Made by a program: the position numbers and the translations under genes. Below the pieces are notes generated by a model that saw nothing but the letters and a program-made list of their open reading frames with translations, made no database searches and was not told where the DNA came from. Of a DNA stretch of 34,008 nt, positions 1 through 8,544 are shown one piece after another (position 1 is the stretch's first letter; each line of letters starts with the position of its first letter). The stretch is from a virus. Its lineage: Duplodnaviria; Caudoviricetes. The DNA is taken from IMG/VR virus record IMGVR_UViG_3300027747_003958, positions 1 to 34,008 of that record; one strand, 5' to 3'.

Positions 1-1
1 C

Positions 2-532
2 GTTCATTAAATCTTCATAGGTAGCAGTCGGCTGTGTGGTTAATCTTGGGTGACCATGTTTATCTTTGCCATCACCATCATTTGCATTTTGACTAAATTC
101 GTTGGGTGCAAACGGCAGTTGCTTTTGAGGATCCGCTGGAACATTATCCACGCCAGGAATACCATGATCATGATCCATGCTTTCATCTGCTGCTTCATCG
201 CTCATGTGATTCATTCTATCCAACATTGTTCGCATGCTATCAGCGTCTTGGTCATTTCTGCTCATGCCAGGCTCTGTTGTCAGCACTGTGGGCGGTGATT
301 CCGTACCCAGGTGTTCATCCCCAACTGCATGTACGCCAGCCAATTGCATGATTGCATTCAACATATCGCCCAGTTCTTCACCATTAGCAGCAGTAATATT
401 AAGTGTTGCAGGAGTCTTCGGAGATTGCATATCTCCCATTGGTTCGCATTCTTCAATTTTGTTTTCTTTAACAATATTAGGATTTTTTTCGTCTAATTCT
501 GCTAATCTTTTTAATACATCAATCATTTGCAT
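2..532 (-). CDS. Acidic low-complexity phage protein, 3'-truncated by the window edge; possible head-internal/scaffold-type protein
   Basis: Not in the ORF track. Manual translation from ATG at 532 gives MQMIDVLKRLAELDEKNPNIVKENKIEECEPMGD...MQLAGV...TYEDLMN, open to position 2 with no stop. It starts 2 nt after the stop of the upstream 204-aa gene and is D/E-rich. Confidence 0.8.
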   Translation of the reverse strand, partial: MQMIDVLKRLAELDEKNPNIVKENKIEECEPMGDMQSPKTPATLNITAANGEELGDMLNAIMQLAGVHAVGDEHLGTESPPTVLTTEPGMSRNDQDADSMRTMLDRMNHMSDEAADESMDHDHGIPGVDNVPADPQKQLPFAPNEFSQNANDGDGKDKHGHPRLTTQPTATYEDLMN

Positions 533-534
533 AG

Positions 535-1149
535 TTATGCTCCGTTTAGTGCTTTGACCACATACGTTCCTTGATCCTTAGCGATAGGACTTTGATTATT
601 ATATGGAGTATCTACATTATAAGTTGCAGGCCCTTCTGTAGGAATTTCTTCGCCTCTTGCTTTACGTTGTAATTTTAAAATATCGTTGAGTTCCTTAACA
701 AACCCACTATTATACTTGTCGCCATAATAATCTTCAAATTTGGGGTTACCAGCTTCTTTATATTCAGGGTCATGTAATAGGGCGCCTTTTCTTGGCTCAA
801 TTTCCATTTGATACTCTTCGCTAGCCTCGCCAGGACGACGCACTACCAATCTTTGACGACTGACTTCCAAACCAGTGCAGAGATATTCTGTAAGTTCTTG
901 TTGTGTTGTGGGATAGTCAACTACCACTTCAAAAATATGAACTTCGCAGTTGTGTATTTGTGGAAAGTCCAAGGGCAATTCCTGTATGGGAGTAACTGTA
1001 ATTTTTTTAAATGCATCCACTTGATATCGTTCCAGCATGCTTTTGAGTTTGGACTCTTGATCAGTGGAAAAATCACCTGCCACTTTGACACGGAACATGT
1101 GTTTTTTTGTGGCAATGCTTTCAGATAGGTAGTCGTGGAAATTTTTCAT
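535..1149 (-). CDS. Hypothetical virion protein (204 aa) with a capsid-targeting-like N-terminus
   Basis: Clean ORF, co-oriented and tightly packed. The N-terminus MKNFHDYLSES resembles the T4 internal-protein targeting sequence MKTYQEFIAE. A TAAATA box lies 4 nt upstream of the ATG. Confidence 0.75.
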   Translation of the reverse strand: MKNFHDYLSESIATKKHMFRVKVAGDFSTDQESKLKSMLERYQVDAFKKITVTPIQELPLDFPQIHNCEVHIFEVVVDYPTTQQELTEYLCTGLEVSRQRLVVRRPGEASEEYQMEIEPRKGALLHDPEYKEAGNPKFEDYYGDKYNSGFVKELNDILKLQRKARGEEIPTEGPATYNVDTPYNNQSPIAKDQGTYVVKALNGA

Positions 1150-1153
1150 AGTG

Positions 1154-1163
1154 TATTTATTTA
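1154..1163 (-). promoter_or_regulatory. T4-type late promoter box(es) TAAATAAATA
   Basis: Minus strand reads gaaTAAATAAATAcactATG. The TAA stop of the 160-aa gene (1157-1159) forms part of the proximal box. Confidence 0.65.
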
Positions 1164-1639
1164 TTCAAATTCTTAAGTTTTTCTAGTATACTGTTGCGAT
1201 CTGTCAATATATAGCCCTGGCCCTCTATGGGGTCATCTTCAGTATTTTTTCCGCCTTTTTTGTCAATGGCCAATTTTTTCAACTGTAGATCCACCATTTT
1301 TAATTTTTTATCTATTTTATTGGATTTGGCCTGTATGGCTGCATTCATCATTTGTGCAGCCACTTCAAACATTTTGGTACCATATCTAGGATCCACGTTC
1401 ATGCCCAAGTCCATGAGATCATCATAGGCCTGTTCGGCTTTGTTGGCCAAAGCATCCAATTCAGAGTCTGCCATGTCTCCCAATCCCCTGACCCGGGGCA
1501 GTGCTGAAGCAATTTTATCAAATTCTTCCAGCTGGTCTTCAAGATTGAATTCAGCCACAGCAAGCACGTTGGTGGGAGGAGCAATGGGTGGTTCCTTGGA
1601 TGGAGGTAGGTCAAACACTTCTTCTAATCGTTTTGTCAT
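1157..1639 (-). CDS. Probable terminase small subunit (T4 gp16-like)
   Basis: 160 aa and predicted helical. DPRYGTKMFEVAAQMM resembles gp16 SPRHMEVFATLM and is followed by a coiled-coil segment and a C-terminal TDRNSILEKL. It lies next to the head-completion gene. Confidence 0.55.
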   Translation of the reverse strand: MTKRLEEVFDLPPSKEPPIAPPTNVLAVAEFNLEDQLEEFDKIASALPRVRGLGDMADSELDALANKAEQAYDDLMDLGMNVDPRYGTKMFEVAAQMMNAAIQAKSNKIDKKLKMVDLQLKKLAIDKKGGKNTEDDPIEGQGYILTDRNSILEKLKNLNK

Positions 1640-1644
1640 AATTT

Positions 1645-1650
1645 TACTTA
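1645..1650 (-). promoter_or_regulatory. Variant late promoter box TAAGTA
   Basis: Minus strand reads gaTAAGTAaaattATG, with the same 5-nt spacing to ATG as the TAAATA boxes at 3649 and 9315. It overlaps the stop codon of the upstream gene. Confidence 0.45.
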
Positions 1651-2094
1651 TCGTTTTTTCTTGCCCATATTTGCAAAAATATCCAACTCATTGAGCACAC
1701 GGAATTTCATGCCACGCTGTTTGCAAAATTCACCAGCAGCCTGCCATTTGGCCATGTTTTTGACATACTGTGCTTGATTGTAGGGGTTTTTACCCACACG
1801 TTCCAATATCATTTGATTTGAGGGTTTGATTTCAATCACTTCCACATGAAACTTTTGATTTCGATCCAAATATTTGATTAAAAAATCTGGCACATACACA
1901 GTTTGTTTGCCAGTCAACGGATCCTTGTAAGGTATTTTTATTGGTTCACTTGCCCATGATTCTATTGCATCATTATTATCGCAAAACATGCAGAATGCAG
2001 TTTCCCAACTGCTACGACAATAGGGAGTGTTTGATCCTGCGTATTTTTGCGGATTTTTTGGAGTATACGGACCTTGCGCAAATTTTAAACTCAT
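1648..2094 (-). CDS. gp4: Head completion nuclease, T4 gp4-like (TnsA-like PD-(D/E)XK fold)
   Basis: Motifs QGxYxPKNPxKY, RSSWE, WASEPIKIPY, YVPDF, IEIKP, KWQAA and FRVLNE are characteristic of gp4 homologs. Confidence 0.88.
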   Translation of the reverse strand: MSLKFAQGPYTPKNPQKYAGSNTPYCRSSWETAFCMFCDNNDAIESWASEPIKIPYKDPLTGKQTVYVPDFLIKYLDRNQKFHVEVIEIKPSNQMILERVGKNPYNQAQYVKNMAKWQAAGEFCKQRGMKFRVLNELDIFANMGKKKR

Positions 2095-2483
2095 GCCAGT
2101 ATATTACGTTGAATCAAGGAATTGGGAGTGGGTTTGGATCCAATACCAAGAAAACTGGATTTGAATCTATTGTAATTCAAAATCTGCGTGACCAGTTCAG
2201 TCAGCTGTGCGCCGTTGAACTTTGACAGCCCGTCCAAAGCTACAATGGGATTGATGTTGTCCTGTAAAGCTTGCCGTATGATTACAACACTGATTGATTC
2301 TGCTGCCACTGGGTCAAATCCCTTGGATGCAAAAAATCCTTTGACAGTGTTAAAGGTACCAGGGCTCAGTTGCAGTGGAAATTGATACTGATTGCTGAAA
2401 TTCTGTGCAGTGCTGTCCACAGTGCCCTGATTGGGTTTGGGTATTGATGGTAAATTGCTGAGATAATTGCTGTTGATGATCAT
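2091..2483 (-). CDS. Hypothetical virion/tail-associated protein (130 aa)
   Basis: ATGA overlaps with both neighbours (2091-2094 and 2480-2483) indicate translational coupling inside the structural operon. Confidence 0.75.
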   Translation of the reverse strand: MIINSNYLSNLPSIPKPNQGTVDSTAQNFSNQYQFPLQLSPGTFNTVKGFFASKGFDPVAAESISVVIIRQALQDNINPIVALDGLSKFNGAQLTELVTQILNYNRFKSSFLGIGSKPTPNSLIQRNILA

Positions 2484-3643
2484 GAAAAACCGCCAGTGCC
2501 AAAAGTGGTAGTTTGAACGGTACTGGATGAAACCACAGTGTCACCTTGTCTAGGACCTTGTGAACCAGGTTTGGTCAAACTGATCTGAGTGGCGCTGATT
2601 TGCCCCACCACGTTGCCCACTATTAAATTTTTGATGTTGAAACCATACACATTCCATGCTTGCCTTGGCTGCTGTACCAAAAGTTTGAGTTTGTTTACTG
2701 TGCTCAAAACCTCCCCCAGTGAAATGCTGTTTTTCTTTTGTTGTCTATAGTAATCAAAATTGGGTCTAGATATTTCATATCTATTACCAATATAATCCTC
2801 TTCCAATATTTCTTTGCTTGGCACTTTGGCATTTGGCAGCGGTGATGCAGTATTATCATACACTGAATTGTCACCAAACAAAGTTGCTTCCTGTTGTCCT
2901 GCACTGGCAAATCCGCCATCTTCATTGGTTTCTATTACACCTGACTCGTAAACAACATCTTCATAAACCACTGACATTTTGTTGATCATGGTCTTGGTGC
3001 CTTCGCTCTGCGACAATTGATCATGTTCCCATGTGCTGATCAAAGGATTGACCAAAGTAATTTTGGTAAAGTCATTCTGTGTGGGACTGCCACTTCTATG
3101 CAATAAAAATATATCAATGCTGTCCAAAAAATATGGCTGACCGCTGCCACTAGAATCAATGGCAGTTTCCAAACCATAGCTGTAATCATATGTGCCATAT
3201 TTGGTGTCCGAATATGCTGTTGATAGCCTTATTTTTGATCTACGTTCGCCGTACCTACTGTCTGCATAGTAATATTTGTAGTAATTTTCCCAAAATCCGT
3301 TGGTAGCGCCACCACGATCATCATGAAATTCCACCGTGACTGGCTCGTAGTTCAATTTGGTCTGCACATTGGTTTTTCTATTGTATTGATTCAGGACTTC
3401 TGTGCTGATTTTGAACTTGGGCAAAGTTATTTTATTGGCCAGCAGGGCAGTGAATCTAGGATCCCAACTGTTTGTGATTAAATTTTTGATATTGGCATTG
3501 ACATTGAATTTGACAAAATACATGTAGGCCATTTTGGGCACATTTTTGTAATTGTCGCTGAGGTACAGTTGCTTGGCATGCTGAAATCCCGTAAAGACAA
3601 CATTGCCTGTAGAATCAACAAAATTATCACGTAAGATGGTCAT
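2480..3643 (-). CDS. Tail-tube-like baseplate/tube initiator protein (gp19/gp54-type fold)
   Basis: 387 aa. KITLPKFKISTEVLNQYNRKTNVQTKLNYEPVTVEFHDD parallels the adjacent tube segment TVDRPAPEFDEVTLDVYNSRVKLAGKAKFGDITLKLRDD. It also has LVNPLISTWEHDQLS and MSVVYE. Confidence 0.65.
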   Translation of the reverse strand: MTILRDNFVDSTGNVVFTGFQHAKQLYLSDNYKNVPKMAYMYFVKFNVNANIKNLITNSWDPRFTALLANKITLPKFKISTEVLNQYNRKTNVQTKLNYEPVTVEFHDDRGGATNGFWENYYKYYYADSRYGERRSKIRLSTAYSDTKYGTYDYSYGLETAIDSSGSGQPYFLDSIDIFLLHRSGSPTQNDFTKITLVNPLISTWEHDQLSQSEGTKTMINKMSVVYEDVVYESGVIETNEDGGFASAGQQEATLFGDNSVYDNTASPLPNAKVPSKEILEEDYIGNRYEISRPNFDYYRQQKKNSISLGEVLSTVNKLKLLVQQPRQAWNVYGFNIKNLIVGNVVGQISATQISLTKPGSQGPRQGDTVVSSSTVQTTTFGTGGFS

Positions 3644-3648
3644 ACGAT

Positions 3649-3654
3649 TATTTA
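3649..3654 (-). promoter_or_regulatory. T4-type late promoter box TAAATA
   Basis: Minus strand reads gaaTAAATAatcgtATG, immediately after the terminator, with no SD between box and ATG. Confidence 0.7.
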
Positions 3655-3660
3655 TTCAAT

Positions 3661-3686
3661 AAAAAAGCCCAGATTTTATCTGGGCT
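3661..3686 (-). terminator. Rho-independent terminator after the tail tube gene
   Basis: Minus strand AGCCCAGAT-AAA-ATCTGGGCT-TTTTT: a 9-bp perfect stem with a U-tract, 17 nt after the tube stop codon. Confidence 0.85.
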
Positions 3687-3703
3687 CGAGTTGGGCTTGA
3701 AAT

Positions 3704-4330
3704 TTAAACTGCGGATCTTGCTTGTCCACGGATCACGGGCTGTGATGCAGGCAATAGGTTGCCGTCTACTGCGGTTTGATAAGCATTATCGAAACAAATT
3801 GATAAATCAATTTCCATCGCTTCGCTTTTGGCATAGTCATTGCCGCTATATGTGGCTTTTTTGATCCAACAGCCTTGCAGTTGGAACACCTCCAACACCG
3901 TGGGAGTGAATTGACCATTGCCGCCGTCTAACAGCTCAATGCCCATAAAGAACTTATAGTCCTGTCCACTGAACGCACTGCTTTGATTGTAAAAATCAAA
4001 CTGCTTCTGCATCTGCTGTCCCACGAGATTGGTCACATTGTTGTTGACATCATCTCGCAGTTTGAGTGTGATGTCTCCAAATTTGGCTTTCCCAGCCAGT
4101 TTAACTCTGCTGTTGTATACATCCAATGTAACTTCATCAAATTCTGGTGCGGGCCTATCCACAGTCATCACCTGTTTGGTCAATTCTGTTGCAGGATTTC
4201 CAAATGTTCCAAAACCTGTCAGCGTGACTCTGAATCGATATCCCAACTTTGGCATCAAGAGCCCTTGGTTGGTCGCGCTTTGATTGACAGAAAGTGGAAC
4301 TGTGAAATTATTTAAACTTGATGTTGCCAT
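3704..4330 (-). CDS. gp19: Tail tube protein (T4 gp19-like)
   Basis: 208 aa directly downstream of the sheath gene, with YRFRV, RP...VKLAGK..FGDITLKLRDD, LQGCWI and IDLSICFDNA motifs. SD AAGGAG upstream. Confidence 0.88.
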   Translation of the reverse strand: MATSSLNNFTVPLSVNQSATNQGLLMPKLGYRFRVTLTGFGTFGNPATELTKQVMTVDRPAPEFDEVTLDVYNSRVKLAGKAKFGDITLKLRDDVNNNVTNLVGQQMQKQFDFYNQSSAFSGQDYKFFMGIELLDGGNGQFTPTVLEVFQLQGCWIKKATYSGNDYAKSEAMEIDLSICFDNAYQTAVDGNLLPASQPVIRGQARSAV

Positions 4331-4356
4331 TTATTACTCCTTGTTCTTTTTATGTT

Positions 4357-7300
4357 TTATCCCACTGCGCTGGAAGGGCTGCCCTGTGAAGTGGCTCCGT
4401 AATTGCCCTTGCCTATGGCTCCAGTGCTCAACAGTCTCAACGGTATGTAGATAAATTCCACTGCCTTGACTGGTTCAATGGCTATGTCCACCCACAATTG
4501 ATTTTGATCAATTCTTGTAGGCGTGTTATTGGATGTGTCACAAACCACCACGTAATCGTACAATCCGCGTTGTGCCACCAGTTCCTGCATCAAACCCTCA
4601 ATCACTCGTTTGATTTCATTGCGTGTTTGAGTGTCATTGGGCTCAAACAAAAATGGTTTGGACAGTGTGCTCAATTGACGTCTAATGTAATTTACCAATC
4701 GAGCCACATTGACTCTGTTTAGTGCCGTTGAGTTGGCTGCTCGAGTGTACTGTCCCATCACAGTGATACCAGACCCTGGCAGTGTGGCAATGGGATTGAT
4801 TTGCACTGTGCTTTGGCTCAAGACATCTCTCAGCCCTTGATACAAACTTACAGGTTTAAATTCACCTGTGATGCTATCTATATAGCCCACTGAATTGGCA
4901 TTATTAACCAACCCTCTGTTGGTGCCAGCTGGTGCAAACCATGGATAGCCCACATTGTCATTGTTCACAACCACTCTCAGCATCATGTGACTGGACGGAA
5001 CCACTACGTTGCGTCCGTAGTTGTCATTGGTGTATCCGCTGGGGTAATACACTGCTAGGTAAGGATCATGCGTGATAAGACCTTGCTCGCCGTCACTGAC
5101 TGCACCCTTACCCTGTCCGTAGTTTTGCAAACTGGTGCCAGTGGGCTCCAAACGCATGGGTGTGTCACCAATCACAAATGCTGTTTGTCCAATGTCTTGA
5201 TTTAGACTTACCATGTCTGGTATCAGCTCAGTGTATCCTGGGGTCAGTATCAAACTGTAGTTCAAGGTATCAGTGTCTCTAACAGAATTGTTAGTGCTCA
5301 CTGAACTTTTAAGAGCCACGGTCACCATGCTTCTTTGTGCCAATCTACCAAAATTGGCCACTTTGTGATCATTCATGCCGCTCACTGTGACCCAACGATC
5401 AGGAGCATATGTTAATTGACTTTCGTTGCCGTTGTTGGGATTAGTGCCATTGATATTGACATGGTTGACCATGTACTGTTTGATCACGTTGCCACTTCTA
5501 CGTGTGTTCCACAATTTGGATCCTTTGGGATATAATCTTGCATCAGGAGCGTCTGCATCTAGATATGTGCTGACCAACAAGTCTGTGATGGGAGTGATGT
5601 ATTCCATATCATCTGTGCCGTTATCGCTCCAACGAGCATCACCAAATACCCAACCATTGGGACTCACGTGATCAGTTACATCCTGTTTGATCCAAGTTTT
5701 TGAGGTTAGATTGTACATGTAAATTTCTTGACCATACATGTCAGGTTCGCCAGCATCTACCCATAGGTCGCCATTAACTAGAGGAGTGCCATCGCTTTGA
5801 ACAGTGGGCTGACTGGCACTAACTATAGGTCCTGCTGGATCTGTATTGGGGTATGCTCCGGCTGTTCTATATCCTACCCAAGCAGACCCGTTGTTCCACA
5901 ATATGTCAATGTCATGCGTTCTTGTGTCAAACCATAAGGCGCCGTCATGGGGGTTGCTGTTGGGTGCATGGATTTGACTGATATAGGTCAGTGGTGCCCA
6001 ATTACTGGCCTGATACGTAGTTACCCCGTTAGTGAGAATGTCTGAGCTGGATGCAATGTAAAGATTGGCAATGTTGCCGTTAGACACATTAGTGTCTGTA
6101 ATACCCAGTTTGGCCAATGGGCCATTGCCATTGCCTGGCTGACCATCAGCCAGTTCTATTTCACCACCAAGAGCATGACTAAATGTCAATGTACCATTGA
6201 CAAAGCTGGCCGACACTTGCGTGAGGTTAGTGTTGGTATTGATTGCTGCTGCTACATTTTGTGCCAAAGGTACTGTGTTGGATCCAGGTACACTGATCAA
6301 CTGTGTGCTACCCCATTGGCCTGTTCTCAAAGTTTCTTTGACATAGAAATTCAGTGTGGCTGCATTGTAAACAGTACTGGAACTCACTGCAAATGTGGTT
6401 GGACCAGTATGCTCGCGAGTCAGTATGAAGAAATCTGCATTGTTGACCCCGTTGTAGTCATAGAGCACAACAACAGAATTTTGTTTGATGTTTAAGCCGC
6501 CCTTGGGATCCAAACCTGCAATTGCTTCCTGTCTGCTGCCATACTGAGGAGTATTGACCAAAGTCCACTGAGCAGTATCACTGTTGTAGTATTTTAAATT
6601 CCAACTGGCTCCAATGTTTATGGGGGTGTCACAGATCCAAACACTGCCTGTGGCAGTGTTGGCATTGAATGCAGGATAGTTGAAATGCTCACTGATCTGC
6701 AGAGCTTTGCCGCCGTCAAACCCTTGACTCACTGGTACCCACCCGTTGTTAGCTGATTTGTAGTACAACTGTGATTGAAGGCCATACAAGTCAGTGGGAC
6801 CATTTGGCAAGTACATGGCATAATCGCCAACTTTGCCGTAAGTGGCCAACGGTTCACCATTAGAATAGTTTTGCAAATTGGAATTGTCAATAATAGTGAC
6901 TGGAGTGTTGACCAATGCACCTTCGCCGTTGTTGAGTGCAGCGTCCCAAACATTGATACCAAATTGTGTTTTACTAGTTGTGTCCAACCAAAATTGTCCG
7001 GCAAGCGGTGTACCATGCGGTATAGTTGATGATCCTTTGAGCTCAGTCAAGTTGATGTTGGCTCGCACTATGTAGGCTCTGCTGGTTATTCCCAAAACAC
7101 TGTAGGCAGCTTGCAGTCCATACTCGCTGATCTCACTGCCATTGATGGCGTTTTTTCCGGAGTCAACATCAAAATATGGAGTACCAAATGTATCCACCAA
7201 ATCCCTCTGACTGGTTATTGAATACACTGTGCCTGCTGTGCCTGCTGTGGTGCCTTTAGCAGTGCCAGTTTGACTGGCATTTTGCTTATCTTGCCCAGTC

Positions 7301-7401
7301 GCTACAAAGATTAGAGGTATAGTACCTAAACCTGGTGGTGTATAGAAACTTTGATCTATTACACTTACATTTACACCTGGCGATTGTATTGTTGTTGCCA
7401 T
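4357..7401 (-). CDS. gp18: Contractile tail sheath protein (T4 gp18-like), enlarged to 1014 aa
   Basis: N-terminal SPGVNVSVID and FGTP. C-terminal sheath signature PWFAPAGTNRG, INPI, RVNVARL, FLFEPND..TR, VVCDTSNNTP..ID and IEPVKAVEFIYI. SD AGGAG upstream. Confidence 0.96.
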   Translation of the reverse strand: MATTIQSPGVNVSVIDQSFYTPPGLGTIPLIFVATGQDKQNASQTGTAKGTTAGTAGTVYSITSQRDLVDTFGTPYFDVDSGKNAINGSEISEYGLQAAYSVLGITSRAYIVRANINLTELKGSSTIPHGTPLAGQFWLDTTSKTQFGINVWDAALNNGEGALVNTPVTIIDNSNLQNYSNGEPLATYGKVGDYAMYLPNGPTDLYGLQSQLYYKSANNGWVPVSQGFDGGKALQISEHFNYPAFNANTATGSVWICDTPINIGASWNLKYYNSDTAQWTLVNTPQYGSRQEAIAGLDPKGGLNIKQNSVVVLYDYNGVNNADFFILTREHTGPTTFAVSSSTVYNAATLNFYVKETLRTGQWGSTQLISVPGSNTVPLAQNVAAAINTNTNLTQVSASFVNGTLTFSHALGGEIELADGQPGNGNGPLAKLGITDTNVSNGNIANLYIASSSDILTNGVTTYQASNWAPLTYISQIHAPNSNPHDGALWFDTRTHDIDILWNNGSAWVGYRTAGAYPNTDPAGPIVSASQPTVQSDGTPLVNGDLWVDAGEPDMYGQEIYMYNLTSKTWIKQDVTDHVSPNGWVFGDARWSDNGTDDMEYITPITDLLVSTYLDADAPDARLYPKGSKLWNTRRSGNVIKQYMVNHVNINGTNPNNGNESQLTYAPDRWVTVSGMNDHKVANFGRLAQRSMVTVALKSSVSTNNSVRDTDTLNYSLILTPGYTELIPDMVSLNQDIGQTAFVIGDTPMRLEPTGTSLQNYGQGKGAVSDGEQGLITHDPYLAVYYPSGYTNDNYGRNVVVPSSHMMLRVVVNNDNVGYPWFAPAGTNRGLVNNANSVGYIDSITGEFKPVSLYQGLRDVLSQSTVQINPIATLPGSGITVMGQYTRAANSTALNRVNVARLVNYIRRQLSTLSKPFLFEPNDTQTRNEIKRVIEGLMQELVAQRGLYDYVVVCDTSNNTPTRIDQNQLWVDIAIEPVKAVEFIYIPLRLLSTGAIGKGNYGATSQGSPSSAVG

Positions 7402-7432
7402 CTTTCAAACTCCTTAGTGGATTACTTTGTTT

Positions 7433-7467
7433 TATTTAGCGGGAATTTAAAAAAATAGCAGTAAATA
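7433..7467. promoter_or_regulatory. Divergent pair of late promoter boxes: TAAATA on minus (7433-7438, sheath) and on plus (7462-7467, HNH-like gene)
   Basis: Both hexamers are visible in the AT-rich intergenic region between the divergently transcribed genes. Confidence 0.65.
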
Positions 7468-7498
7468 ACAGTGCCAAAAGGCGCTAAAAAGGGCGGTG

Positions 7499-7834
7499 AT
7501 GAGAAAATTATGCAAAACCTGTGGTACCAATCCCGTGGCCGTAAACTATTACAAAGGTGACCAAGTTTATTATAGACGCCAATGCGATCACTGTGCCAAA
7601 GGCAGGAAAAACTTTAGGCCCTTATGGGCATTGTCTGGATACCAAAAGAAAAACAATTGCGAAAAATGCAACTACACATCAATGTATCAAGAACAGTTCA
7701 ATGTGTTTTACATTGACGGCAATCTAAACAACAACAGATTGACCAACCTAAAAACCATATGTGCTAACTGTCAAAGAACATTACATAGAGAAGGGGTCAA
7801 ATGGCGACAAGGAGATTTGACCCCAGATTTTTAA
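7499..7834 (+). CDS. Zn-finger protein with a degenerate HNH nuclease domain
   Basis: Four CxxC pairs (CKTC, CDHC, CEKC, CANC) and an HNH-like IDGNLNNNRLTNLKTICANC...H segment. ATG at 7499 is preferred over GTG at 7496. Confidence 0.75.
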   Translation: MRKLCKTCGTNPVAVNYYKGDQVYYRRQCDHCAKGRKNFRPLWALSGYQKKNNCEKCNYTSMYQEQFNVFYIDGNLNNNRLTNLKTICANCQRTLHREGVKWRQGDLTPDF

Positions 7835-7841
7835 ATGCAGA

Positions 7842-8480
7842 TCATTTCAAAACATTTTCAAGTTGAAAAAACAAATAGTCTATGGTGCTGTCATTGGTTA
7901 TGACATGATCAATGTCTACACCAACCCAAGCTGTTTCACTAGCGTGTATGCCTAATTTTTCCAATTTGGCCCTACTCAAAGCCCATGAAATATTTCCTTG
8001 TTCGCCTTGGTTGGCACTGACGGCATCATTGTACCATTCGGGTTCAGGACCCCTTTTTATGCGTATCACCATGCCCCCCACATTGTGAATGGCCTGAATT
8101 TCGTTGGGAAATCTAACGTCACTGATCACAATGTTGTCTTGGGTTTTTCTAATCTTGTTTTCCAAACTGGCTATCCATATGTTGTCATGGAAATATTGAC
8201 GCAGTACATCTGTACCCCAATATTGCAACACCCATCTTGGCGTGAGGTTGTGTATGTCCAACCTTTGGCTCCACCAGGGATCCACCTGCTCCCGCCATTT
8301 CCTAGACTCAACTGTTCTGCCATCTAACAGTATGCGATCCCAACCAAACACACATGACACTGCATCTTTGAGAGAGGAAGCAAAACTGTCTCTTCTAAAT
8401 CCGTGATAATTGCAAAGATAATCAGCTGCTGTATCCTTGCCTGCTGAGATAAAACCACAAAATCCTATTACTTTGGCCAT
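7842..8480 (-). CDS. Deoxynucleoside monophosphate kinase (T4 gp1-like)
   Basis: P-loop GFISAGKDT, followed by FASSLKD, TPRWVLQYWGTD, VISDVRFPNE and HASE. Confidence 0.9.
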   Translation of the reverse strand: MAKVIGFCGFISAGKDTAADYLCNYHGFRRDSFASSLKDAVSCVFGWDRILLDGRTVESRKWREQVDPWWSQRLDIHNLTPRWVLQYWGTDVLRQYFHDNIWIASLENKIRKTQDNIVISDVRFPNEIQAIHNVGGMVIRIKRGPEPEWYNDAVSANQGEQGNISWALSRAKLEKLGIHASETAWVGVDIDHVITNDSTIDYLFFQLENVLK

Positions 8481-8501
8481 ATAACATCCTTTAGATATTA
8501 C

Positions 8502-8530
8502 ATTCTATAAAATTTTATAGGTAAAGTCAA
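8502..8530 (-). promoter_or_regulatory. Sigma70-type (early) promoter for the dNMP kinase
   Basis: Minus strand TTGACT (8530-8525), a 17-nt spacer, then TAGAAT (8507-8502), followed by SD AGGA and the ATG at 8480. Confidence 0.75.
8505..8520. repeat. Perfect 16-bp palindrome CTATAAAATTTTATAG, candidate operator
   Basis: Exact inverted repeat overlapping the -10 box and spacer of the promoter above. Confidence 0.6.
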
Positions 8531-8544
8531 TGAAATTGATTTAA

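Noticed and set aside
50-557. Four short plus-strand ORFs at the window start
   Set aside because: They overlap a better-supported minus-strand ORF (532 to the window edge) that continues the operon.
1648-2094. TnsA-like nuclease as evidence of a Tn7-like transposon
   Set aside because: Its motifs and context fit T4 gp4 head completion, and there are no tnsB/tnsC genes or transposon ends.
3704-7401. Sheath and tube as a bacterial contractile injection system (eCIS, T6SS or tailocin)
   Set aside because: Neck, head-completion, terminase-like and dNMP kinase genes plus T4-type late promoters point to a complete phage.
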